Shown here: positions 1 to 9,613 of the stretch, one piece after another
Layout of the letters: each line of letters opens with the position of its first letter
How positions within the stretch are numbered: the first letter of the stretch is position 1
Assembly: GCA_963797555.1 (NCBI GenBank)
Contig: CAWCPV010000003.1
Location: 384,001 to 448,000, forward strand
DNA length: 64,000 nucleotides
Source: an uncultured Gammaproteobacteria bacterium
GTDB lineage: Bacteria; Pseudomonadota; Gammaproteobacteria; CAWCPV01
Reading direction: 5' to 3'
Translations under genes and position numbers: made by a program
Notes under the pieces: generated by a model
What the model was told of the DNA's origin: nothing
Databases searched by the model: none
What the model saw: only the letters and a program-made list of their open reading frames with translations

Positions 1-801
1 TGATCCTGTTCCTGGCGCTGCAGGCGTGGGAATACTTCGGTCCGCAAAAGCCGGACATCAGCCCCGCCAGAAAACGGGTGGCCGACCGGGTGGTCGGCAT
101 GATCGTCGAGGATCTGCGCGACGCGCACGTCACTATCCGCCATGCGGCCCTGCTGCACCTCGCCAACGACCCGTCCGATTATTTCACCGACCGGCTACGG
201 AGTGTCCTCGCTGAGTCCGGGGTGGCAGGTCTGCAGGATCGGACCTTTGGCGAGAAGCTGCGCGGCGTTTCTGCGAATGCAGGAGCCGGCCTATGGAAGT
301 TTGGCCAAGGTGCTCAAGGCGGGACGGCGGCGCGGCGCGGACTATGTCATTTTTGGAGTTATCGACACATTCGAGTCGTCCCGGGAGGGCGCTCGCATCG
401 ATGTGGAGGTGAGCGCGGCGGACGTCGCGAAGGGGGCGGTGGTCTTTGCGCATCGTTATCACGAGAAGCTTTCCCCGGGACTTCTCGCCAGTGTAGCGGT
501 TCAAGATCAGGTGCAGGCGGTCGGCGCGCTGAAGCGGTTTCTGGCCTGGTCGCTGATCGTGCTGCTGCTGCCGGTATTCACCATCGGTTTTATCCGCGGC
601 ATGGTGCGGCGGGAATCGAATGCCGCCAATGCGGTAACCTTGGCGATATACACCGGTGTGGATGCGATACTCGCCTACCTGCTGCTGGTGCGCGGGTTAT
701 CCGCGTGGGGGCCGGTGCTGGCGTGGTTGGGGGCGGTGGGGGCGGCGTCACTATATAACCTGTACGTCATGAGCTTTGCGGTTCGGCTGGAGGCGTCGTG
801 A
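1..801 (+). CDS. Membrane protein, 5'-partial: soluble CsgG/TolB-N-like domain plus about 3 C-terminal TM helices; frameshifted near 270-290
   Basis: ORF 78.. (DRVVGMIVEDLRD...LANDPSDYFTDRLR) continues into ORF 142..801 (GADYVIFGVIDTF...RIDVEV, then hydrophobic helices). Its stop overlaps the next start (GTGA at 798-801). Confidence 0.5.
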
Positions 802-2972
802 GGCGCTATGCCTTGCTGGTGGGGGTCGATGCCTATGCCGATCGGGCCATCCCGCCGCTGCGTTTTGCCGAGCGCGATGCGCAGGCACTGGGAAGGGTGC
901 TCGCCGAGCGGTACGGATTCGAGGTTCGGTGTTTGGTGGGGGAGGAAGCGCGGCGCGAGGCGATCCTGAATGTATTAGGGAGCGGGCGGCTCTCGGAGCA
1001 GGCCGTGCCCATGCAGGCGGGCGATCAGTTTCTGTTCTTCTTCGCCGGGCACGGCGAGCTGGTGGGTAGCAACTATGTCTTGCACCCGTGGAATGCCAAG
1101 GCGGGGGCCCATTATATGTCGATCACCAGGATCGACATCAGCTCTCTGCTGGGCAGCAACGTGCCGTGCGGGGAGTGCATGTGCATTCTAGATGCCTGCC
1201 GCAACCTGGCGCCAGCGGGGGCGCGGGGCGGACAGGCGCTCGATGAACGGTCGGCCCGAGATATCCAGGCCGTGCACCGGGAGGCGCCGCACAAGCTCAT
1301 CAAGGTGCTATACGGTTGCAGCGAGGGCGAGCGGAGCTGGGAGGACGAGCGGCTGGGCCAGGGGGTGCTCAGCTACTATCTGAAGCGGGTGCTGGAGAGT
1401 GCAGAGGTGGCGTCCTTCGAGGAGCTGGCCGAGCGGGCGGCCGATGAGATGCGAAAAAGTTGGCGCCATTGGGAGTTCGAGGGAGCAACCCAGGTGCCGC
1501 ACATATACGGGCCGACCACGGGTCGGCGAATTCGCCTGGAGGTGGCCCGGCGGCGGGTGTGGGTCTCGCCGGGCCTTGCCGAGCAGGGCATGGTGCGGCA
1601 ATTCGGCCGCGGTGTCATCCGGCACGTGCTTCTGCCCACGGAGGACCGCGTGATCGTGGCGGCTGGGGGGTCGGTGGCGCTGTTCGATATGGACACAGGC
1701 GAGGCGCCGTGGGAGATCCAGGGCCGGGTCGGGGGGTGCGCGGTGAGCCCCGACGGTGCGCTGGTGGCGGTGGCCGAGGGTACAGAGGTGCAGCTTTGGC
1801 ATCCGGCCAGTGGCGAGCTGAGGGCACGCCTTCGGGGGCATCCACGCCCCGTGACCAGTGTCACGTTCAGCCCGGACGGGCGGTGGCTCGCCTCGGGCAG
1901 TGACGACGAGACGGTGCGGTTGTGGGAGGTGGCGAGCGGCAAGGAGCTGAAGCGCTTTGAGGGGCACGGTGGCGGGGTGGAGAGTGTCGCCTTCAGCCCC
2001 GACGGCCGGTGGCTCGCCTCGGGCAGTGACGACCGGGCGGTGCGGTTGTGGGAGGTGGCGAGCGGCAAGGAGCTGGAGCGCTTTGAGGGGCACGATGATG
2101 TGGAGCGGAGCGTCGTTCTCAGCCCCGACGGACGGTGGCTCGCCTCGGGCAGTGAGATCGAATACGACGACCGCTACGACGATTGGGCGTCGGTGCCGTT
2201 GTGGGAGGTGGCGAGCGGCGAGGAGCTGAAGCGCTTTGAGGGGTACGGTGGCCGGGTGGAGAGTGTCGCCTTCAGCCCCGACGGCCGGTGGCTCGCCTCG
2301 GGCAGTTGGGACAAGACGGTGCGGCTGTGGGAGGTGGCGAGCGGCGAGGAGCTGAACGGCTTTGTGCACGGTGGCGGGGTGGAGAGTGTCGCCTTCAGTC
2401 CCGACGGCCGGTGGCTCGCCTCGGGCGGTTGGGACGAGACGGTGCGGCTGTGGGAGGTGGCGAGCGGCAAGGAGCTGAAGCGACTTGAGGGGCACGGTGG
2501 CGGGGTGGAGAGTGTCGCCTTCAGCCCCAACGGCCGGTGGCTCGCCTCGGGCAGTGACGACGAGACGGTGCGGTTGTGGGAGGTGGCGAGCGGCAAGGAG
2601 CTGAAGCGCTTTGAGGGGCACGGTGCCGGGGTGCGGAGTGTCGCCTTCAGCCCCGACGGCCGGTGGCTCGCCTCGGGCGGTTGGTTCGGCACGGTGCAGT
2701 TGTGGGAGGTGGCGAGCGGCAAGGACCTGAAGTGGCTTGACGGGCGCGGTGGCCGGGTGGAGAGTGTCGCTTTCAGCCTCGACGGCCGGTGGCTCGCCTC
2801 GGGCAGTTGGGACAAGACGGTGCGGTTGTGGGAGGTGGCGAGCGGCGAGATGCTGAAGCGCTTTGAGGGGCACGGTGCCGGGGTGCGGAGTGTCGCCTTC
2901 AGCCCCGACGGCCGGTGGCTCGCCTCGGGCAGTTTTGACGGCACGGTGCGGCTGTGGGAAGTCAGGGGATAA
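798..2972 (+). CDS. Caspase-like (peptidase C14) domain plus WD40 repeat protein
   Basis: N-terminal RYALLVGVDAY, His motif FFAGHG and Cys motif LDACR; C-terminal nine near-identical WD40 units (GH...SVAFSPDGRWLASG..D.TVRLWEV). Confidence 0.9.
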   Translation: MRRYALLVGVDAYADRAIPPLRFAERDAQALGRVLAERYGFEVRCLVGEEARREAILNVLGSGRLSEQAVPMQAGDQFLFFFAGHGELVGSNYVLHPWNAKAGAHYMSITRIDISSLLGSNVPCGECMCILDACRNLAPAGARGGQALDERSARDIQAVHREAPHKLIKVLYGCSEGERSWEDERLGQGVLSYYLKRVLESAEVASFEELAERAADEMRKSWRHWEFEGATQVPHIYGPTTGRRIRLEVARRRVWVSPGLAEQGMVRQFGRGVIRHVLLPTEDRVIVAAGGSVALFDMDTGEAPWEIQGRVGGCAVSPDGALVAVAEGTEVQLWHPASGELRARLRGHPRPVTSVTFSPDGRWLASGSDDETVRLWEVASGKELKRFEGHGGGVESVAFSPDGRWLASGSDDRAVRLWEVASGKELERFEGHDDVERSVVLSPDGRWLASGSEIEYDDRYDDWASVPLWEVASGEELKRFEGYGGRVESVAFSPDGRWLASGSWDKTVRLWEVASGEELNGFVHGGGVESVAFSPDGRWLASGGWDETVRLWEVASGKELKRLEGHGGGVESVAFSPNGRWLASGSDDETVRLWEVASGKELKRFEGHGAGVRSVAFSPDGRWLASGGWFGTVQLWEVASGKDLKWLDGRGGRVESVAFSLDGRWLASGSWDKTVRLWEVASGEMLKRFEGHGAGVRSVAFSPDGRWLASGSFDGTVRLWEVRG
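1830..2965 (+). repeat. Tandem ~126-bp WD40-coding repeats (9 units, nearly identical at DNA level)
   Basis: Recurrent ttcagccccgacggccggtggctcgcctcgggc...gtgcggttgtgggaggtggcgagcggc; one unit has a 9-aa insertion. Confidence 0.9.
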
Positions 2973-4495
2973 CGGTTCTACCGGTGGGCTTGGGGGTCGC
3001 GCCGAGCCGGGCACACCCGCCGGTTAGATGCTTTCTGGTGTCGTCCCTGCCATGGCCGCTTCGGCTCGCATTTCCGAAACTCACTCGGGACCAACACGGG
3101 CACGCCTGGGATCTGGTACTCGAAGGCGCGTGGGAGATCGTCGAGGGGCAGGTCTTCCTCGAAAATTTCGCTGTTCACCATGTCTTCGCCGAGCAGCCGC
3201 TGCGTAACTCTCTGGTCGAATCCTGGCTGACGGATAGGTTGGGCTACCGGGTGACCGACTTCGTGTCGGACAGCGAACCTCGCCCGACCGTGAGCGACCT
3301 CCAGGACTTGCCGGCAAGGTGGTGGCAAGCCCAGATCAGCAGGTGGCTCGCCGAGTACGGCATATCCGTCGATCTCACGGCCGCGCGCCTCGACAGCGCC
3401 GATGCCGCGCGAGCCGAAGAACAGCGCAGGCACCGTGCGCGCCTCGAGCAGGTGGAGATCGAGCACAAAGTCGAACGGGAAATGGAGCTGCGTCAGCTCG
3501 CCGCCGAGGCGGATTACGAGAACGAAAGAGCGCGTATCGAGCAGAGCGAGCGGGCGAGCGAGAGCGAGCGGGCGAGCGAGAGCGAGCGGCAGCACCAGCT
3601 CAAGTGTCTGGGGTTGCGGCACCAGAAGGAGGCGAAGGAGCTGGAAGTCGAGTTGGAGAAGCTGCGCTTCCAGAGCGAGCGGTCGCAGCTCGAGCACGAG
3701 GTGGCCGTAGCGGAGCTGCGCGCCGACCTGGAAGGCGCTCAACGGGCCGGCCGCAGACAGGAACGGCTGGAAGTGGACCACGCAGCCCTGCTGCACCGGT
3801 TACACCAGGTCCTGAACACGCTCGGCCGTTTCGATGCGCTCTCTCAGCAGCTCGCCAGCGCTAACGTCCGGGAGGCACACCTGGCGGCGGAGTGGCTCAC
3901 CTCTCCTGCATTCGGGTTCAGGCCGGAAGAGCTTCTCGTGTCGGGCGCTCCTTCGGCGGCTCAGAGACTGAAGCAGTGCCTGCGCGATAAGGCGGCGGAG
4001 CAGGAGCACCAAGTCGCGCTGAGCATGGCACAGCTCACCACCCGCGATATCGGGACGGCGGAGGTCAGGGCTCTGCGTATCAACAGCCCCCTCCGCTTCG
4101 AGATCAATTCGGCACGGGCCGGATACGTCACCGTCATCGACATCGGAACGAGCGGAACCGTTTACCTGCAGGTCCCCAACGCATATGTCGGTACAGCACG
4201 GGCGCGGGTATCGGCCGAACGCAGCTACCATATTCCGGGTCCAGAGCTGCTCCCAGGCGATGACCTGCTGGCGCACAGACTCGCTTACCTGGAGATCGGC
4301 CCGCCCGGATGGGAACACCTCGCCGTGGTGGTCAGCGAGCAGCCGCTCGTGCCCGACAGGATTGTCCGGCGCTCCCAGCCGACGAATCCATTCGTCAGCT
4401 TGTCCGCGTCCGAGGTCGACGAAATCCTGAATCGACTGATGGGATGGCCTGCAAGTGGCTGGTCGGCTGGCCTGCTCTCCTTCCTCGTAGAGTAG
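2954..4495 (+). CDS. Band-7/SPFH-like region, coiled coil and C-terminal DUF4384-like domain; start uncertain
   Basis: Central E/R/Q-rich coiled coil. The C-terminus LRFEINSARAGYVTVIDIGTSGTVYLQVPN...YHIPG...GPPGWEHLAVVVS matches the DUF4384 pattern. Confidence 0.6.
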   Translation: MGSQGITVLPVGLGVAPSRAHPPVRCFLVSSLPWPLRLAFPKLTRDQHGHAWDLVLEGAWEIVEGQVFLENFAVHHVFAEQPLRNSLVESWLTDRLGYRVTDFVSDSEPRPTVSDLQDLPARWWQAQISRWLAEYGISVDLTAARLDSADAARAEEQRRHRARLEQVEIEHKVEREMELRQLAAEADYENERARIEQSERASESERASESERQHQLKCLGLRHQKEAKELEVELEKLRFQSERSQLEHEVAVAELRADLEGAQRAGRRQERLEVDHAALLHRLHQVLNTLGRFDALSQQLASANVREAHLAAEWLTSPAFGFRPEELLVSGAPSAAQRLKQCLRDKAAEQEHQVALSMAQLTTRDIGTAEVRALRINSPLRFEINSARAGYVTVIDIGTSGTVYLQVPNAYVGTARARVSAERSYHIPGPELLPGDDLLAHRLAYLEIGPPGWEHLAVVVSEQPLVPDRIVRRSQPTNPFVSLSASEVDEILNRLMGWPASGWSAGLLSFLVE

Positions 4496-4534
4496 CATGA
4501 CTCCCGGTCCGCGCGACTATCAGGAATCGCCCCG

Positions 4535-5727
4535 GTGAGTGCCCCGGAAGTCGTTCACGGACCGACAATGGCGCCAGAGACGCTTACGTTGGCCCAATAT
4601 CAGAGTCTTCGCCGAGTGCACCGACCGCACCCCGGAGCAGAGCCGGCGGAGCCTCGACTTTCCCCTGCTCGGGTTGTTCGGGGAGGTGGGCAGCTTGCTG
4701 AGTGCGCTGAAGAAGAAGCAGCGCGATGCCGACTCTTACATCGGGTATGCCCCGTCGGTGGTCGAGGAGCTCGGTGACGTTCTGTGGTATTTTGCGAGCC
4801 TCGCCACACGCGCTGACATCGCCCTGCCCGAGCTTGCGCGCAATGCAGTGCGGAACTGGAGTATACAGGACGATAAGCCAAGCGCGGTGGTCGTCACGTT
4901 CGACGCCCTCCAACCAGACTTGGCCAACGACGGTCCGAAGCCGCCGGAAGCTTTCAGCGGAGCCTAATGCGGCTCGCCGGCGAGGTGGGCATTCTGATGG
5001 CGGATGTCGCCGCGGGCCGTCTGGCGGACGATCGGGCCGCCTTGTTCGTGCACATGAGCGCGGTCTTCACGTCGCTGGTAGCCGCCGCCAACGACGCGGG
5101 AGTATCCCTGGCGGATGCGGCTCATCGCAATCTGTGCAAGACATTCGATCGCTGGCCGCCCGATAAAACCTATCCGAGTCTTTTTGACGACGGGTTCGAC
5201 CGAGACGAGCAGATCCCGCGCAGGATCGAGGTGCACATTTTCGAAAAGACCGTTGCGGGGGCAACCTACGTCTTCCAAAGATGCAACAACATCAACATCG
5301 GCGAGCGCCTGACGGACAATAAGATCGAACAGGACGACTACCGATTCCACGATGTCTTCCACCTCGCCTATGCGGCGGTGCTGGGCTGGTCCCCGGTCAT
5401 CCGATGCCTGTTCAAATCAAACGCAAGAGCAAGCCAGAGGTCGACGAGGCCGAGGACGGGGCGCGCGCGGCGCTTATCGAAGAGGGTATCTCGACCTGGG
5501 TCTTCAATCACGCCGCCCGGCTGAACTTCTTCGAGAATCTGACGTCGCTGGATTACGGCCTGCTCAAGGCGGTGCACGAATTGGTTGTCGGCTACGAGGC
5601 CGAACGCTGTCCGTTGTGGCTGTGGGAGGAGGCAATCCTGCAAGGCTATGCGGCGTTCAGGGAGCTTCAGAAGTATCGCTGCGGCTTGGTAGTCGCCGAC
5701 CTCCATGGAGAGAACCATTATCTTTGA
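4535..5727 (+). CDS. MazG-like nucleoside triphosphate pyrophosphohydrolase with MazG C-terminal domain; split by about 3 frameshifts
   Basis: TLAQYQ; LGLFGEVGSLLSALKKKQRD...EELGDVLWY; second repeat LAGEVG; C-terminal GERLTDNK..DDYRFHDVFHLAYAAVLGWSP..KRKS.PEVDEAEDGARA. Spread over ORFs 4535, 4539, 4967 and 5404. Confidence 0.8.
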
Positions 5728-5739
5728 GAAAGCACCGGA

Positions 5740-6384
5740 ATGAGAGCTACCGCCTTCATCGACGCGCTGAGCGCGATATCGTTGAAGGCGGTTTTCAATC
5801 CCTACGCCGATCGCTGCGGTGTTCATGACCGCGAGGATGCTCCGGTTCTGCGCCGCTCCAATCTCCGAGTTACCCTCGAAGCCGTCCAGCACATAGATGT
5901 CCGTGCCATGTGGATCGCGCGGGATCTCGGTTACCGTGGCGGTCGCCGCACCGGGCTTCCCTTGACCGACGAGGTACACTTGCCTGCGTTCAGTCAGGCG
6001 TTGGGCGGGGTGCCGTTATCGCGGGCGACGATCGGGCCCCCCGTCGCCGAGCGCACCGCGGGCGTTATTTGGGATACGTCCTCGCTCGGATCCAGCAGCC
6101 GGTTTTTCTGTGGAACGTCTTTCCCTTTCATCCCTTCGAGCCGGGCGACCCCTTATCCAACCGCTGCCACAGCCGTAAAGAGCGGCTCGCCTGCGACCGG
6201 CTGCTGGTCGAATTGCTCAGCATGCTGGCGCCCGAGAACGATCGTCGCAATCGGTAGAGATGCCCGGCTTGCCCTCACCGAACTCGGCGTACCGTGCCGC
6301 TCTGTGCGTCACCCGAGCTATGGCGGGCAAACAGCCTTCGCCAGAGAGATTGGCGAGCTGTACGGACTCAACGCGGCGGCATGA
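5740..6384 (+). CDS. Uracil-DNA glycosylase superfamily protein; frameshifted
   Basis: FNPY, LGYRGGRRTGLPLTDE, ERTAGVIW, WNVFPFHP..SNR (ORF 5910) and VRHPSYGG. Confidence 0.8.
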   Translation: MRATAFIDALSAISLKAVFNPYADRCGVHDREDAPVLRRSNLRVTLEAVQHIDVRAMWIARDLGYRGGRRTGLPLTDEVHLPAFSQALGGVPLSRATIGPPVAERTAGVIWDTSSLGSSSRFFCGTSFPFIPSSRATPYPTAATAVKSGSPATGCWSNCSACWRPRTIVAIGRDARLALTELGVPCRSVRHPSYGGQTAFAREIGELYGLNAAA

Positions 6385-7213
6385 ACCGAAGCCGGCTCTG
6401 GCTTTTGATTAGCCACCGTCGTCTGCTGCCGTGTGCGCTCGCAGGTCCGCAACAGATCCTCGACCTCTGACCGGCGCCACTTTTGCGCCTCAACCTCCGC
6501 ATGTGTCGAGATGATCGTTAGAGCTCCGACCTCGACTCCCGCCTCCAAGCCGACAAAGGCCATGAGGTTGCCCAAGCCGACCAGGTTCCCGAGCAGCCGC
6601 TGGATATAGTAGTGATTGCGGTACAGCGCGGTCAGCGTCAGCCGGTTCTGCGGATCGAGCTTGAAACTGAGAAAACTGAGACACTGCCGATTCATGACGG
6701 GCGACGGAATCCCGCTCCGGGTCGTAGATGCCGATGTCGAGCGCAGGGTCCGAAATCGTCAGTTCATAGACATTGCGAAAGGTCCTTCCCTTCCCTTGGA
6801 CGTGTGCTCGAAGCTTGGCCACTAGGTCGGCCAAGGGATTGATGACTCGACCGTCGGCCGTCCGACGCCGGATCATGCGCTCGAAGTACCGCCCCCAGTC
6901 ACGCAGTCGCCCGCCTGACACGCGGGTAAACCGTCTCCAGATACACGTCGTAAAAGCTCGGGGCTCCATGCCGCTGGTAGAGCTGGTTCGGGAAGATGGT
7001 GTTGGCTACCGAGGCCAGCGGGTAAGCGCCGTGATGCCGCAAGAAATCGTCGAGCTGGTCAGCGAGCTGGTTGTCGGTCGCGGACCAATCCAGCGGGCTC
7101 TCCACGTCGACGATAACGTTATGAGCCTCGTGTCCCGGATTGGCGTCCACCGCCCGAACGGCAGCCAACCACGCCGAGGCGGCACTGTTATGAGGTTCGA
7201 CGGCCAGGTACAT
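6318..7213 (-). CDS. Thymidylate-synthase-fold protein, atypical; split over 3 ORFs by frameshifts
   Basis: VANTIFP; WGRYFERM; QCLSFLSFK (catalytic Cys position), LTLTALYRNHYY..RLLGNLVGL and GALTIISTHA align with the TS C-terminal motifs. ORFs 6899-7213, 6490-6969 and 6318-6695. Confidence 0.65.
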
Positions 7214-7865
7214 GTGTCAGGTCCTCGGTCAGCTCGATGGCCTCCAGTAAACGGGGTTCAAGATAGCACTCGTTAATCCAGGCATGTCCCTCGATACCCC
7301 AGCCCGTACCCCAGCTATTGCGGGCAAGGACAAGGCGATCTCCTCCGCGCATACCGTAGCCGACACCCACCAGCGCGTGCCGTCGAGTCGGGTCCACGGG
7401 CTCGTCGGCAGCAACGACACCATCTCCGTCCGGCAGGTAGAAGGCACCCGACAGATTCATCGCGACGACCACTGGGGTCCCTCGGTCCAAGCACTGAAGG
7501 ATGTCCTCCACGCGAAGGGACGCGCGCTGGCCCGCACGGCGGAAAAGCGGCCCAACCTTGTCCGGGGGATGCCAGTCGCCCAGATTGACCGGCAGCACCG
7601 CCAGGTATGGCCACGCGGCTTCATGCGGCTGACCATCATGGCGCAGGGTCGCAACCATTCCCTCCACCGTGGAGCCCGCATGCGGATTCCCACCACACCG
7701 GCGTACTGCGTGGTAGTACGCATACTCGCAGCAGAGCGGTTCCCAGCCCGGGCGCAACGCGGCATGCGCATCGCTCGCGGCAAAGGCGAGACAAGTCGGG
7801 CGGAGACCCTGGTCGCGGACCGGACCGAACAGAGGCCGCAGGTCGCACACGACCTCGAGGAGCAT
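7188..7865 (-). CDS. Papain-like (C1) cysteine protease
   Basis: DLRPLFGPVRDQGLRPTCLAFA (oxyanion Gln, catalytic Cys), HALVGVGY and RNSWGTGWG. Own ATG at 7865, although it reads in frame with the upstream gene in this assembly. Confidence 0.85.
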   Translation of the reverse strand: MLLEVVCDLRPLFGPVRDQGLRPTCLAFAASDAHAALRPGWEPLCCEYAYYHAVRRCGGNPHAGSTVEGMVATLRHDGQPHEAAWPYLAVLPVNLGDWHPPDKVGPLFRRAGQRASLRVEDILQCLDRGTPVVVAMNLSGAFYLPDGDGVVAADEPVDPTRRHALVGVGYGMRGGDRLVLARNSWGTGWGIEGHAWINECYLEPRLLEAIELTEDLTHVPGRRTS

Positions 7866-8876
7866 CAGGCTGCCTCGCGCGGTAAGCCGCCGCTCTGCTT
7901 GCGACAAGCCTTCCTCCTCCGGCCCGGTAAGATCGTAATCCACGTTGAAGGCCATCAGCGCCTTGTCGCGGGGGAGCCACGGCCGCCGCTCGGCCAGAAC
8001 CAAGTGCCCGCTCTGGCGCATCCTCGAGCGCGCGGTAATCCGCCGTGTCACATGAGCACCCACCGTGCTCTCGCCTGGCCCCTCGCGCTCGTCGCGAACT
8101 ATAGCGAAGCCCGTCTCGTCCAGCTCTTCAAAGCTCCAAAGATAGCCAGAGCCGCTATGCTCACTGAGCTGGAGCACGAACAGGTCAGAGCGGCTGCCTT
8201 GTAGAAGCGCGCCTTCATCGCGCTCGGTAAGCAGCCACACGTCTACCCACCAGCTCGGCGGAACGTATCCGCGAAGCAGATCCTTCTTGATCTCCCGAGG
8301 CTGCACGTCCAGAAGTGGCCGGAGAGTCTGTCGCCTGATGATGCCGTGCCGCAGTAGCGTCCAACAGGTTGCCTCGTAGCTCGCGCCAACGCGCAGCGCG
8401 AGCTGATAAACATTGCGGGGGTTCTCCATAGACCGGGGCGTCCAGCCCTGGCGTCTGAAGTGCGCCGCGAAGAGCCACTTGGGTAGCAAAAACTCGGCCG
8501 CGAAGGCATCCGCCTCCAGCTCCTGCTGCTCGTAATCCGGCCGTGCCGAAAAAAGCGATCTGCGCAAGATCGTGTCGTCATCGAGGCTAGGGCGGTGACC
8601 CAGTCGAGCATGGCCCAGTTCGTGCGCCCCCGTGAAGCGCTGTACGCTCAGCGGCCGTTGCGTCGTGACGAGAATCCCCGGGATAGGCTCCGAGAGATAC
8701 ACGCCGAGCAGCCCATCCATGGGCTTGAAGAGCAAGGGGATGCCCATGTGCACGATGGCGTCGAAGACATCGATCCGGCCCCCTTCCGCCTCGATGCGCA
8801 CCCGCATGTCGAACTGGCGATGTAGCCGCGCCGCCTCACGTGTGCCGCGCAGAATGCCAGTGCGTGCGTCAGCCAT
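7866..8876 (-). CDS. ImmA/IrrE-family Zn metallopeptidase with C-terminal chagasin (I42)-like domain
   Basis: RFTGAHELGH and E.EADAFAAEFLLP. The C-terminal LSEHSGSGYLW...VGA...ERRPW resembles the chagasin loops NPTTGYxW and RPW. Confidence 0.8.
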
Positions 8877-9264
8877 CTCCTGCTTGCTCCGCCTGTGCCC
8901 GGGCCCGCAGGTAGTCGGCAAAGCGGCTTAGCTCCTGGCGGTCCCGATCCGACAAGCCGGCTGCGGCTCTCGCCAGATGCGCAATGTCCTCTGGGAGGCC
9001 CGATTCAACCGGCGCCTCGCCCGTGAAGTAACCCACGGGCCGCTTATACAGCTCTGCAAGCCGCTTCAGCTCCAGAGCATCCACGCGCCGCTGGCCGGTC
9101 TCGATATTCGAGAGAGCTGAACGTGGGATCCCGAGACAGCGTGCAACTTCTTCCTGGGATAGACCAAGATAGTCCCGGGCATCGCGCAGGCGCGCCCCAA
9201 GCTGCTCCCGAGTCTGGATCTCAACGTTCGCAAAACCGACAGATTGGTCACTGTTTGCGCTCAT
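8869..9264 (-). CDS. XRE-family helix-turn-helix regulator
   Basis: LGARLRDARDYLGLSQEEVARCLGIPRSALSNIETGQRRV; overlaps the peptidase start. Confidence 0.9.
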   Translation of the reverse strand: MSANSDQSVGFANVEIQTREQLGARLRDARDYLGLSQEEVARCLGIPRSALSNIETGQRRVDALELKRLAELYKRPVGYFTGEAPVESGLPEDIAHLARAAAGLSDRDRQELSRFADYLRARAQAEQAGDG

Positions 9265-9589
9265 AGGCTGACTCCCCGTGGTGTACGCTCCACTCGCGCT
9301 CTAACTTTGGCGCCAAATCGCTCACGAGCTCGTCCACGCTCCCGTAACCTCCGGGCTGTACGAGGCTCAAAGGCAGCTCAAACGACAGCTTGGACTCCAA
9401 CTGCACCAAGAGCTCTACTATCACTAAAGAGTCGATGCTCGGCTCAAAGCCCATACGGGCCGACCCGCCGCCACCGAGAGCCATCTCGGCACTCGCCATG
9501 TCCGCCAGGAAAGTTCGGATGCACGCATCGACCTCCTCCGCCGGAAAGGCGGGGGCGGTCGCGGGCGTCTGTAGTGCAGTGGTTACCAT
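9248..9589 (-). CDS. Acyl-carrier-protein-like protein
   Basis: 113 aa, acidic, with IDSLVIVELLVQLE (phosphopantetheine-attachment DSL motif) and SVDELV. Confidence 0.65.
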   Translation of the reverse strand: MVTTALQTPATAPAFPAEEVDACIRTFLADMASAEMALGGGGSARMGFEPSIDSLVIVELLVQLESKLSFELPLSLVQPGGYGSVDELVSDLAPKLEREWSVHHGESAYERKQ

Positions 9590-9613
9590 AGAAGCACCAC
9601 GTTAGTTCGAATA

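Noticed and set aside
1830-2965. CRISPR-like or DGR-type repeats
   Set aside because: These are in-frame WD40 coding repeats. Variation is not confined to adenines and no intact RT is nearby.
1308-3014. Long antisense and alternate-frame ORFs (e.g. 1308-3014, 17481-19649, 17782-19362, 51086-52450)
   Set aside because: Shadow ORFs of GC-rich genes with no recognisable motifs.
3543-3588. 18-bp tandem duplication (SERASE) in the coiled-coil gene
   Set aside because: A short in-frame slippage in low-complexity coiled-coil sequence, with no evidence of function.
7188-8921. 577-aa ImmA-papain fusion protein as given by the ORF track
   Set aside because: The junction contains GAG GCA GCC TGA overlapping ATG (TGATG at 7867-7863), the classic coupled stop/start. 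A single indel just upstream would explain the apparent fusion in this indel-rich region, so I treat it as two genes, unconfirmed.
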